From: a plasmid | Sequence record: CP063550.1 | Reading direction: 5' to 3' (one strand) | Length of the DNA: 64,000 nt | Part shown: piece after piece, positions 38,419 to 48,173 of the stretch | Position numbering within the stretch: position 1 is the stretch's first letter | Layout of the letters: every line of letters begins with the position of its first letter | Notes under the pieces: generated by a model | Seen by the model: the letters and a program-made list of their open reading frames with translations, nothing else | Databases searched by the model: none | Told to the model about the DNA's origin: nothing | Position numbers and translations under genes: made by a program

Positions 38419-38835
38419 ATGGCAACTATAATTCTTGCCAGCCATGGGGAATTTGCTCAAGGATTAAAGCAAACAGCGACAATGATTATTGGAGATAGTG
38501 TACCAATTCATGCCTTGTCAGCATTTAGAGATGAAGATGAATCTATTTTGGTACAAATAAAAAAACTTTTAGCCACAATAGATATAGAAGAAACCTACAT
38601 TTTAACTGATATTCTAGGTGGTAGTGTGAATAATGATATGCTCACTATTATTAAAGAGTATGAGGGATTGCAATTAATTACTGGAATGAACTTACCTTTA
38701 GTTATTTCTATTGCAACCTATAATGGAAAAATTGGGGAAAGTGAGCTAGAAAAGCTTATTAAAGAGAGTCAACAATCAGTGATTGATTGTAGAAAATTAT
38801 TAGTAGAACAACTTACTGGAGGAGATGACCTATGA
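38419..38835 (+). CDS. PTS mannose-family EIIA
   Basis: MATIILASHGEFAQGL. AGGAGG ribosome-binding site. Confidence 0.8.
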   Translation: MATIILASHGEFAQGLKQTATMIIGDSVPIHALSAFRDEDESILVQIKKLLATIDIEETYILTDILGGSVNNDMLTIIKEYEGLQLITGMNLPLVISIATYNGKIGESELEKLIKESQQSVIDCRKLLVEQLTGGDDL

Positions 38836-39302
38836 TTAAGTTAGTACGTATTGACCATCGTTTGTTGCACGGACAGGTAGTATTTTCTTGGAGTAAATCA
38901 TTAAATATCAATCGTATTATTATTGCCAATAAAGAGGCAGCGAATGATGAATTCAAAAAAATGTCTTTGAATTTATCTAAACCGACTGGCATTAAATTAA
39001 CAATTTTTTCAGTTGAACAGTTACTAGAAAAAATGCCTAAAATCGAAACACTTAACGAAAATATCATGCTTATTTTTGGTAATACAAAAGAAATTCGTCA
39101 ATTTTGTGAAGCCTATCCTAAAGTACAAGAAATCAACTATGGAGGGATAATCAAAAAAGAAGGTTCCAAGCAATTTAGTAATGCCATTTTCTTGAATGAA
39201 TCTGAGCAAGAAGATGCCAAAAAATTAAAAGCTCTTGGCATTAAACAATTTATTCAACAGGTACCAACTTCTAAAAAAGAAGATTTGAATACAATGTTAT
39301 AA
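38832..39302 (+). CDS. PTS mannose-family EIIB
   Basis: LVRIDHRLLHGQV. Confidence 0.85.
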   Translation: MIKLVRIDHRLLHGQVVFSWSKSLNINRIIIANKEAANDEFKKMSLNLSKPTGIKLTIFSVEQLLEKMPKIETLNENIMLIFGNTKEIRQFCEAYPKVQEINYGGIIKKEGSKQFSNAIFLNESEQEDAKKLKALGIKQFIQQVPTSKKEDLNTML

Positions 39303-39315
39303 AGGAGGAATGAAA

Positions 39316-40089
39316 ATGCTCGTTCAGTCAATTGGTTTAGGGTTAATCGGTGTTTTTTGTATTTTAGACTCAAGGCTTTTAGGAAGAATGAATTTTGAAC
39401 GACCGTTGATTGTCAGTACGCTTGTTGGTTTGGTACTTGGAGACATGGAAAAAGGATTAATTGTTGGAGCCTCTTTGGAATTGATGTCCTTAGGATTAGT
39501 AAATATCGGAGCTGCTTCACCACCTGATATGAATATGGCATCAATTATTGCTACAGCCTTTGCCATTTTATCAAATGCGAATGCAGAAGCAGCATTAACG
39601 ATTGCCATTCCAATTTCAGTGTTAGGTCAAATACTAGGTATCTTAATGCGGACGATTTTGTCAAATTTGACTCACGTTGCGGATCGCTTTATCGAACAAG
39701 GAAAATTTAGCCAAGCAAGGAGAATTCATATACTTTATGGCTCGGGATTATATGCTCTCATGTATTTTATTCCTATTTTTCTAGCAATTTATTTTGGAAC
39801 GAATCTTGTTTCTCAGATTGTTGATGCGATTCCTGAGTGGCTAACAAATGGCTTAACGGTTGCAAGTAAAATTTTACCAGCATATGGGTTTGCGTTGTTA
39901 TTACAAACGATGTTAACGAAAAAAATGGTGCCATTTTTATTACTTGGATTTTTAATTACTGCTTATTCTGGATTGGGAATCATTGGTATTGCAGCCTTCG
40001 CATGTATTGTTGCGTTTGTCATGGTTCAAGTTCAAGGTAAAAACTCAAATGGTAACCAAAATGAGCCAGATCCATTAGATGACTTATAA
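39316..40089 (+). CDS. PTS mannose-family EIIC
   Basis: ManY-like membrane protein. Confidence 0.85.
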   Translation: MLVQSIGLGLIGVFCILDSRLLGRMNFERPLIVSTLVGLVLGDMEKGLIVGASLELMSLGLVNIGAASPPDMNMASIIATAFAILSNANAEAALTIAIPISVLGQILGILMRTILSNLTHVADRFIEQGKFSQARRIHILYGSGLYALMYFIPIFLAIYFGTNLVSQIVDAIPEWLTNGLTVASKILPAYGFALLLQTMLTKKMVPFLLLGFLITAYSGLGIIGIAAFACIVAFVMVQVQGKNSNGNQNEPDPLDDL

Positions 40090-40102
40090 GGAGGTAGATT
40101 AA

Positions 40103-40915
40103 GTGAAAGAGAAAGATCAAAATGCATGGAAATATCGGCAGTTCTTATGGCGTTCATGGGCAATTCAAGCCTCATGGAACTATGAACGACAAATGAACAT
40201 GGGTTTTATGTACGGAATTGCACCAATTCTAGATAACATTTACAAGAATCCAGAAGATGAAGCAATGAAGAAAGAAGCTTACGAGCGGCATATGATGTAC
40301 TACAACTGTACCCCTCAAACAAGTGCATTTGTGTTAGGGTTAACTGCTTCTATGGAGGAGCAATACTACGAAGACCAAGAAAACTTTAATCCGGAATCAA
40401 TCAGTGCAGTGAAGACTTCTCTGATGGGACCGCTATCTGGTGTTGGTGATTCTTTCTTTCAAGGAACGATTCGGGTATTAGCCTTTGGACTAGGAATTAA
40501 TTTAGCCCAACAAGGTAGTATTTTAGGTCCAATTCTAGCAATGTTAATTTCCTTTGTACCTTCCTTTTTAGTTACTTACTATGGTGGGAAAATTGGCTAT
40601 AACATGGGGAATAAATACTTGTCTAAACTGTATCAAGAAGGTTTGATGGATAAAGTAATGTATGTTTGCTCCATTGTGGGGTTGATGGTCATTGGTTCGA
40701 TGATTGCCAGCATGATCGGGATTACAACACCAATTCAAATGGGTAAAGCTTTTGTCTTACAAGATGTATTAGATAGTATTATGCCACAATTTTTACCATT
40801 AGGATTAACCTTCTTCATGTACTGGTTATTGCAGAAAAAGGTCAAAACAGGATGGATGTTGGCAATCTGTTTAGTCGGAGGAATTATTTTTAGTTTGTTA
40901 GGTATCTTACAATAA
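40103..40915 (+). CDS. PTS mannose-family EIID
   Basis: ManZ-like (GPLSGVGDSFFQGT). Confidence 0.85.
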   Translation: MKEKDQNAWKYRQFLWRSWAIQASWNYERQMNMGFMYGIAPILDNIYKNPEDEAMKKEAYERHMMYYNCTPQTSAFVLGLTASMEEQYYEDQENFNPESISAVKTSLMGPLSGVGDSFFQGTIRVLAFGLGINLAQQGSILGPILAMLISFVPSFLVTYYGGKIGYNMGNKYLSKLYQEGLMDKVMYVCSIVGLMVIGSMIASMIGITTPIQMGKAFVLQDVLDSIMPQFLPLGLTFFMYWLLQKKVKTGWMLAICLVGGIIFSLLGILQ

Positions 40916-40965
40916 GGGAATAACCAATAAATTTGGTTGAATAATATAAATAAGGAGGAATTCAA

Positions 40966-41934
40966 TTGATGAATTCAAAAGAAATTGTTAAAGAAATCGT
41001 AGCGAAAAAAGAGGTAAAATCAATCGTATTTGTTGGCTGTGGCGCTTCAAAAGCGGACCTTTATCCTGCAAAGTATTTTCTAGACCAAAATGCGAAGCAG
41101 TTACGGATTAGTCATTACACAGCCAGCGAATTTAACTATGCAACACCAGCATCTGTAGATGAGTCAACTGTCGTTATTTCAGCTTCTTTAGGAGGTACGA
41201 CTCCAGAAACAGTTGAAGCTAACGCAGTAGCTAAAGAAAAAGGTGCTACAGTTATTAGTCTAACACGAAGCATTGACTCACCGTTAACAAAAGATGCAGA
41301 TTATGTAATTTATCATCGATTTGCAGAGAACTATGCTGCTAAATTAGAAAAAACAGGCTACTGTTTAGAATTGGCAGTAGAACTTTTACATCAAGTAGAA
41401 GGTTATGACCATTATGAAGCAATGCAAGAAGGATTTGCTACTATCTATGATCTTGCCCAAAAAAGTGCAGAATCAGCTCGTAAAGATGCGAAGAAATTTG
41501 CTGAACGCTTTAAAGATGAAAAAGTTATTTATGTAATGAGTAGTGGTGCTACACATGAAGTAGCATACTCAACATCAATTTGCTTGATGATGGAAATGCA
41601 ATGGATTAATTCTGGTACCTTCCATTCAGGAGAATTTTTCCACGGACCATTCGAAATTGTGGATAAAGACGTACCGTTTATATTATTAATGAATGATGGA
41701 AAAACTAGAAATATAGATGCTCGAGCATTAACTTTCCTTGAACGCTTTGATACGAAAACAGAAGTTGTAGATGCCTTGGATTATGGCTTGTCTTCACATA
41801 TTGCTAAAGAAGTCTTAGACTACTTTAACCCATTCGTGATTACTGCAGTATTTAGAGTTTATGCAGAAGAATTGTCAGAAGCAAGAGAACATCCATTAAC
41901 TAAGAGACGTTATATGTGGAAACTAACTTATTAA
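40966..41934 (+). CDS. SIS-domain protein (fructosamine/glucosamine-phosphate deglycase/isomerase-like)
   Basis: Double SIS pattern. Paralogous to 24870 and 53827. Confidence 0.75.
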   Translation: MMNSKEIVKEIVAKKEVKSIVFVGCGASKADLYPAKYFLDQNAKQLRISHYTASEFNYATPASVDESTVVISASLGGTTPETVEANAVAKEKGATVISLTRSIDSPLTKDADYVIYHRFAENYAAKLEKTGYCLELAVELLHQVEGYDHYEAMQEGFATIYDLAQKSAESARKDAKKFAERFKDEKVIYVMSSGATHEVAYSTSICLMMEMQWINSGTFHSGEFFHGPFEIVDKDVPFILLMNDGKTRNIDARALTFLERFDTKTEVVDALDYGLSSHIAKEVLDYFNPFVITAVFRVYAEELSEAREHPLTKRRYMWKLTY

Positions 41935-42070
41935 AAAATAGATCAAACTAAATAAGGTGGCTTGAGAAATTAAGCCACCTTGTTTTCTTCAATGTGATTT
42001 TATACATATGGTAAAATAACTAGTACATATGGTAAAATAACTAGTACATATTGTGAAAGCAGGTGGCAAG

Positions 42071-44794
42071 ATGCAGCGATTAAATGACTATCTTTATCAA
42101 CTAACATTGCTTTTGAAATCTACGCCTTCAGATAATTATTCAGCTCGCAGTATTTCGCAAGCTCTACAGTTGAATAGAAGTACAATCAGTAGCTACTTAA
42201 ATGAAGGTGTTCGTGAAGGGCTTTTCATAAAAGTAAAAAGTTACCCGGTTTTATTTTTACATAGAACAGCTCTTGAAGAACTACATATCACACTGAATAA
42301 CTCCGAAATAGAATCAATTGAAAGCTTGTTAACAATTTCTCAAAAACCCGCATTAGATCAAGTAATTGGCTCTAAAGGAAGTTTGAAAGAAGCAATTGAT
42401 CAAATTAAAACGGCAGTCTTATATCCTGGAAAAGGGTTGCCTTTATTATTGATCGGCGCTAGTGGATCAGGGAAAACCTTTCTAGCGAATAAAATATATG
42501 AATATGCAGTAGAAGAAAAGGTCATTCACACATCGGCACCTTTCATAGATTATAATTGTGCACAATATGTGAGCAATCCAGAGTTACTATCCTCTGCTTT
42601 ATTTGGCTACACGAAAGGAGCATTTACCGGAGCAAGCCAGGAGCATACTGGTTTGCTAGAAAAAGCCGATGGAGGAGTATTGTTTTTAGATGAAGTGCAT
42701 CGCTTATCTGAAGAAGGGCAAGAGAAATTATTTACATTTATGGATACGGGTGAATTCTCTCCTATGGGGGATAATAGTATTCGGAAAAAAGCCGATGTTC
42801 GATTAGTCTTTGCAACAACAGAAAATATATATACGACTTTCTTACCAACTTTTCTTAGGAGATTGCCAGTTATTGTTAATCTACCTAGATTTCAACAACG
42901 TCCGTCGTTTGAACGTCTGTCATTGATTGATGAATTTTTTGTTTCTGAGAGCCAAATTTTAGCTAAGGAACTATCTGTTTCTGATGCATTGATTCATTTC
43001 TTAATGAATAGTGATTTTGAAGGTAACGTGGGGAATATTAAAAATATTATCAAGTATGCTTGCGGAAACGCATATATCCACCAGAAGAGTCAGCAAACAA
43101 TTCAAGTTAAATTATTGGATATGCCTTTAGAGTACAGTTATAAATTCAAGGAGCAACTAAATAAACCCAGAAAGAAAAGAGCAGATCGAATCTACTATCC
43201 AGAAGAAACACGACAAGTGCAACTAGAAAGAAACAATCAGCTTTTTGTTCAATTTTTTGACCAATTACTTACTGGATTCTCTGAAGTGATTGAAAATAAC
43301 AAGGATATTAAACTATTTTTAGAAGAAATGGTTACCAAGGTAACACAAGTAATGGATACGCTTATTTTTCAAGAGGATTACGAAAAAGAGCAGTCTTTAT
43401 ACGCCATTCTAAACTATCATATTCGTCAAAGTATTGATTTTATGCGAGAAAGCTACGGGTTTGAACAAGATGGTAACCGGGTAGTCGCTTTGGCCAACTA
43501 TCTATATGTCAAGGATAATCAAGTGATTTTTGAAAATAGTCTTCAAGAAAAGAAAACCAAAGATCAGCTTAACGAATTTTTTGCTAATGTTCTTGAAACC
43601 CCTTATTGGTATGCAAAAAAAATCTTAAGCCTTTTATCTGAGTGTTTAGATCAACCTGTGTATGAAGAGGACATTTTCTTTATTACGCTATATTTTTATA
43701 GTTTGAATGTCACGAATGTTAAAACAGGTATTAAGAGTATTGTGCTAGCTCATGGTTATTCTACAGCTAGTAGTATGGCGAATGTTGCCAACCGTATGCT
43801 GAATAAGAACGTTTTTCAAGCTTATGATATGCCTTTAGATATTACATTAGAGAAAATTGAAGCAAAATTGATTCAATTCCTTGGAGATTATCGAACAGAT
43901 TCAGGCTTGATTTTATTGGTAGATATGGGTTCACTAAACCAACTAGGCGGTTTATTAGTGAATCATCTAAATGGACCACTGTTAATCATTGATCATATCA
44001 ATACACCGTTATTATTGGAAGTCGGCCAACAAGTATTAAACAATAAAAGTATCACCGAAATAGGAGCAGAAATTGAAACAAGTCTTACTTTCAAAAAGCA
44101 GTTACTACTTCCCAAGAAAAAGAAAAAGAAAGCCATCATTACTTGTTGTTATACAGGGATTGGTAGTGCGACCCAGATTCAGGAGATTTTAACGAAATGC
44201 TTGAAAGATGCAGTTAGAGAATTAGTAATTATTCCGTATGATTACAAAAAGCTGTTAGAAAACAAGAATTTTGAGACTCCTTTTCAATTATACGATGTCA
44301 TCATGATTGTAGGTACAGAAGATCCCAAAATTAATCAGATTCCATATATTGGATTAGATCGCCTGATTAATGGGGGAAGCATTGGCGAATTTGTTCATTA
44401 CTTGGAAAAAGAGCTGACTATTGAAGTGAACGATTTACAAAAAGAATTAATTTTCAATTTTTCAATTAGTAAAATTGTCGAAAATTTAACCATTTTGGAT
44501 CCAGATAAGGTGCTATCTTTTGTACAAAAAGCAATTAAAGAATTATCGAAGTTATTAAATTTTGATTTTTCTAATAATCAGCTGTTTTTGTTGTACCTTC
44601 ACTGTAGTTGTATGATTGAACGAATTGTACGTAAAGAAAGTGTGGATGAGCAAGAGGACATTGAAGAATATATGCAAGCAAATGGAGAAATAATGGATAA
44701 AATTCATAGCGCTTTTTTTGAGATTGAAAGGGAATACACAATTGAAATACCAGATTTAGAGTTGCGATTATTGAGCGATATTGTTCAAGGATAG
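42071..44794 (+). CDS. Sigma-54-dependent LevR-type transcriptional activator (AAA+ sigma-54 interaction domain, PRD domains and an EIIA-Man-like domain)
   Basis: Walker A GASGSGKTFLANKIYEYA and the GAFTGA motif (YTKGAFTGAS). 907 aa. Confidence 0.85.
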   Translation: MQRLNDYLYQLTLLLKSTPSDNYSARSISQALQLNRSTISSYLNEGVREGLFIKVKSYPVLFLHRTALEELHITLNNSEIESIESLLTISQKPALDQVIGSKGSLKEAIDQIKTAVLYPGKGLPLLLIGASGSGKTFLANKIYEYAVEEKVIHTSAPFIDYNCAQYVSNPELLSSALFGYTKGAFTGASQEHTGLLEKADGGVLFLDEVHRLSEEGQEKLFTFMDTGEFSPMGDNSIRKKADVRLVFATTENIYTTFLPTFLRRLPVIVNLPRFQQRPSFERLSLIDEFFVSESQILAKELSVSDALIHFLMNSDFEGNVGNIKNIIKYACGNAYIHQKSQQTIQVKLLDMPLEYSYKFKEQLNKPRKKRADRIYYPEETRQVQLERNNQLFVQFFDQLLTGFSEVIENNKDIKLFLEEMVTKVTQVMDTLIFQEDYEKEQSLYAILNYHIRQSIDFMRESYGFEQDGNRVVALANYLYVKDNQVIFENSLQEKKTKDQLNEFFANVLETPYWYAKKILSLLSECLDQPVYEEDIFFITLYFYSLNVTNVKTGIKSIVLAHGYSTASSMANVANRMLNKNVFQAYDMPLDITLEKIEAKLIQFLGDYRTDSGLILLVDMGSLNQLGGLLVNHLNGPLLIIDHINTPLLLEVGQQVLNNKSITEIGAEIETSLTFKKQLLLPKKKKKKAIITCCYTGIGSATQIQEILTKCLKDAVRELVIIPYDYKKLLENKNFETPFQLYDVIMIVGTEDPKINQIPYIGLDRLINGGSIGEFVHYLEKELTIEVNDLQKELIFNFSISKIVENLTILDPDKVLSFVQKAIKELSKLLNFDFSNNQLFLLYLHCSCMIERIVRKESVDEQEDIEEYMQANGEIMDKIHSAFFEIEREYTIEIPDLELRLLSDIVQG

Positions 44795-44806
44795 GAGTGA
44801 ATTCGA

Positions 44807-45439
44807 ATGACAATGGGAGTAATTTTTGATATGGATGGGGTACTCATAGATAGCGAGACATTTTATTTTGAGAGAAGAATGAACTTCTTTCAAGAACTGG
44901 AGATAGATCCAGGATCAAACCAGATTGATGATTATGTGGGGAAAACAGAAGCTGCAATATGGGAAACATTAGTTCCTGAGGACAAATCATTAAGAGAGGA
45001 ACTTTATCCGAAATATGTAGATTATCGAAAAACGCATCCAATTGATTTCGCTAAAGCTTTACGAAAAGAAGTGAAACCGTTACTTGACTTCCTCAAGAAG
45101 CGGGATATACCATTGGCACTGGCATCTTCTTCTCCAGCTGTCGAGATAGAGAGTATGCTCATTCAATGTGAACTTACTGAATATTTTTCCTTTGTTATAA
45201 GTGGTGAGTCATTAAAACAAAGCAAACCACATCCCGAAATATATTTAAAAGCGAAACAGCAATTAGACTGTGACTTCTTTATTGCAGTAGAGGATTCAAC
45301 GATTGGTATTAAATCAGCAAAGGCAGCAAATATCTATACGGCGGCACTAAAACAACCAATGCAAATCGATCAGAGTGAAGCAGACATACAAATTGAAAGT
45401 CTACAAGAACTGGAACAAATTGTTTTAGAAAAAGGTTAG
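44807..45439 (+). CDS. HAD-IA family hydrolase/phosphatase
   Basis: DxDG motif (IFDMDGVLIDS) at the N-terminus. Confidence 0.75.
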   Translation: MTMGVIFDMDGVLIDSETFYFERRMNFFQELEIDPGSNQIDDYVGKTEAAIWETLVPEDKSLREELYPKYVDYRKTHPIDFAKALRKEVKPLLDFLKKRDIPLALASSSPAVEIESMLIQCELTEYFSFVISGESLKQSKPHPEIYLKAKQQLDCDFFIAVEDSTIGIKSAKAANIYTAALKQPMQIDQSEADIQIESLQELEQIVLEKG

Positions 45440-45492
45440 TGAATTAATGGAAATAAGGCTATATATCTGTGCTAGCTATTTTGACTAACCAA

Positions 45493-45521
45493 AAAAACTT
45501 GCTATAATTCAGGTGTAGTAA
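45493..45521 (+). promoter_or_regulatory. Strong sigma-A-type promoter (TTGACT-N17-TATAAT) with no obvious downstream gene
   Basis: It is followed by a hairpin AAAGGTG...CACCTTT and a 13-bp palindrome at 45599-45640, and then by an IS1216 solo inverted repeat. Confidence 0.4.
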
Positions 45522-45643
45522 AAGGTGCTGGTAACACCTTTTACGAAAATGCTTCGGCAGTGATAATGGGATTGGCTTTTTAAGTTTTTTATTTTGTTCG
45601 CAATCCCTAAGGTCATGTGAATGATCCTAGGGATTGCTAGAAT

Positions 45644-45871
45644 ATTTTGCAACAGAACCAAAATACGAATAGTTATCAAGCAGCCATATTGACTGCGGTC
45701 AATTTAGGAGGGGATACTGATACTACTGCTGCCGTAACTGGTGCTCTTGCGGGTATTCTTTACGGGGGTGAAGTGATCCCTGAAAATTGGAGAAAATCGC
45801 TTCAAAATGACCAGCTTCTTAAAACGATCAGTCAGAGATTTTGCGATACCGTGCTATCTCAAAGAATTTGA
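45644..45871 (+). pseudogene. IS1216 terminal inverted-repeat remnant (TTTTGCAACAGAACC) followed by a 3' fragment of an ADP-ribosylglycohydrolase-family gene
   Basis: A 14/15 match to the IS1216 inverted repeat. The downstream ORF carries the family C-terminal motif GGDTDTTAAVTGALAG but lacks about 200 N-terminal residues. Confidence 0.55.
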
Positions 45872-45972
45872 ATAATGGATATGATGCAAATCTTGTTTGT
45901 ACTAACGTTGTATTGACAAAAAGGATTTTATTTAGTACAATGTTAGTATAAATGATGAACGGAGGTAGAATC

Positions 45973-46206
45973 ATGTCTCAATCAACCATTACATTTAGGA
46001 TTCCCGACGATGAAAAAGAACTGGTATTAGAATATGCAAAAGCACACAATTCTTCATTGACCGAACTTTATCGAAATGCTGTACTGGATAAAATCGAAGA
46101 TGAAATCGATCTACGGACTTTACGGAGTGCAATTGAAGTTTCCAAAGAGAAAAAAGAGAGTGGTATTTCTCAAGAGGAAATGGAGAAACTGCTAAATGAA
46201 TTATAA
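45973..46206 (+). CDS. relB: RelB/DinJ-family antitoxin
   Basis: Small ribbon-helix-helix-type protein overlapping the downstream RelE-like gene. GGAGG ribosome-binding site before ATG 45973. Confidence 0.7.
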   Translation: MSQSTITFRIPDDEKELVLEYAKAHNSSLTELYRNAVLDKIEDEIDLRTLRSAIEVSKEKKESGISQEEMEKLLNEL

Positions 46207-46465
46207 AGTCATCTACATGCCGCAAGCCCAGAAGCAATTAAAAAAAATGGACAGAAACCAAGCTAAAATAATTGTCGCCTGGATCAGAAAGAATTTAGAA
46301 AACACGACTGACCCGCGTCAGCACGGAAAAGGTTTGACTGGAAATAAGAGTGGGGAATGGCGCTATCGAATTGGAAACTATCGAATATTGGCTAATATTT
46401 GTGATTCTGAAATTGAAATCCAGATATTCTCAATTGGACATAGAAGTACAATATATAAAAGATAA
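46196..46465 (+). CDS. relE: RelE/ParE-family toxin
   Basis: 89 aa with a RelE-like pattern (…WRYRIGNYRILANI…IFSIGHR). Confidence 0.75.
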   Translation: MNYKVIYMPQAQKQLKKMDRNQAKIIVAWIRKNLENTTDPRQHGKGLTGNKSGEWRYRIGNYRILANICDSEIEIQIFSIGHRSTIYKR

Positions 46466-46577
46466 CCGTTTTTGGAACGAAGTAGAGTTTCGAAAGTCAA
46501 TGTATAATCTTTTGAATTTTGCATAATACCACAGGTAGAAACTACCCGATACTATCGGTTGGTTTCTGCTTTTTTAT

Positions 46578-48070
46578 GGCTCTTTGTCAAATAGGACTGA
46601 TAGAGTGAGATAAGAACATCTAAGGTAGAATTCCTTTTCTACTTTAGATGTTTTTTGATTCATAGGTAATCAGATTATTTAGTAAGAAAATTCTGGTCTT
46701 CATTTTCCGAAAGCTTCGAAAGCCATAAGCGACTCGTTTCAATGCTTTGATGTGGGTATGCAGATTTTCTATTTTGGCATTTGAATAAGGCAATTCGAGG
46801 GCTAAACGAATGCCGGATTCATAGTTTATAAAAGCTTTTTTTATAGAATGCAGTTCTTTTGGAACGGAATTGGGCATCGTTCTTACAAGTTTAAAGAAAG
46901 TGTCCGCCTCTTTGTCGTGAAACGCTTGAAGAATTTCTTGATAGTAAAAATAGGCGATTCGTAATTCGTCAGAGATCGAAAGCAGACGATCCACCACTTC
47001 ACTTTCGGTGAGATACGCCCAACCAAAATTGCGCCATTTGGTCCATTTGTCATAAACAAGCTTGTCCTGTCGTTTGATCAGAAGCCGAGACAACGCCTTT
47101 AATTGTCGATAATATTTGGCTTGTGTTGGATCGTTTCGATCAAAGCTTTTCATGATTCGTACGCGAATATCCTCAAATTTACGAATGAGATGTTTGACAA
47201 TGTGAAAACGATCCACAACGAGTTTTGCCTTTGGAAAACATTCCTTTATCAGAGAGGCATAAGAAACATTCATGTCCGTCACGATGACCTTTACCTTCAA
47301 TCGTGCGCGTCGTTCAAATTGCATAAAATAAGAAACGAGAGCCTTTTTCTTCCGTGAAGGAAGAATATCCAGTAATTTTCCAGTATCGCCATCCATACAA
47401 GAAAAGGAGTAGGGACCGACTTGATTTTTCAGTGAACGAAATTCATCCATTAATAAACAACGCGGTAACCAATTTCTTTTTACTTTTGTCATGGGGATCA
47501 GAGAAGCGAGTGTCCGAGAAACGGTCGACCAAGAAACGCCGCAATGCTTAGCAATTGTCGTCATTGCTTGTTTTTCAGTTAGCTCTTCTAAAATTTTATA
47601 GCGCACTTGTTTAGCGATAAAGCAGTTTCTATCGACAATGTAGGTATTCGCCGTAAAATAGGTGTGGCAGCCACGACAGTGGTAGCGTTGTTTCGCTAAA
47701 GCAAGATAAGTCAGTTGGTTCGCACATTTATTAAGTTGAATGAGCGATTTTTTCTTTCCGTTCTTAACGATCATGCCTTCATGATTCATCTGTTTACACA
47801 AAGGACAGCGACGAATTTCTTTACTTAACGTCGCAGAAACAACAAGACTCTTGATATTCTTAATGCTCTTCGATTCCACATTTGTGATGAAAATGTTTTT
47901 ATCTTTGATTCCAAGTAGTAGTTTGATATGATGAAGATCAGGCATACAGAACGCTCCTTTGATTGTGTTGTGGTGATTCAATTCTAACGGAGCTTCTGTA
48001 TGTTTTGTTTTTTCATGCTCAAAAGGGACCGATAGAATGATTTTCTATCAGTCCTAGAAATTATAGAGCC
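46578..48070 (-). mobile_element. ISL3-family element 1, with 8-bp target duplication TTTTTTAT
   Basis: Inverted repeats GGCTCTTTGTCAAATAGGACTGATAG / GGCTCTATAATTTCTAGGACTGATAG. Identical 8-mers flank both ends (46570-46577 and 48071-48078). Confidence 0.85.
46644..47945 (-). CDS. ISL3-family transposase
   Basis: Zinc-finger N-terminus (CPLCKQ…CRGCH) plus the ISL3 DDE body. AAAGGAG ribosome-binding site before ATG 47945. Confidence 0.85.
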   Translation of the reverse strand: MPDLHHIKLLLGIKDKNIFITNVESKSIKNIKSLVVSATLSKEIRRCPLCKQMNHEGMIVKNGKKKSLIQLNKCANQLTYLALAKQRYHCRGCHTYFTANTYIVDRNCFIAKQVRYKILEELTEKQAMTTIAKHCGVSWSTVSRTLASLIPMTKVKRNWLPRCLLMDEFRSLKNQVGPYSFSCMDGDTGKLLDILPSRKKKALVSYFMQFERRARLKVKVIVTDMNVSYASLIKECFPKAKLVVDRFHIVKHLIRKFEDIRVRIMKSFDRNDPTQAKYYRQLKALSRLLIKRQDKLVYDKWTKWRNFGWAYLTESEVVDRLLSISDELRIAYFYYQEILQAFHDKEADTFFKLVRTMPNSVPKELHSIKKAFINYESGIRLALELPYSNAKIENLHTHIKALKRVAYGFRSFRKMKTRIFLLNNLITYESKNI

Positions 48071-48173
48071 TTTTTTATTTGGTCTTGAAGAAGAAAAGTA
48101 AGCGCCCCATAGAACAGTACCTGTACGTCAAATAACCCGACCTATAGAATAGAATCGGGAATGTTTGGCGTTT

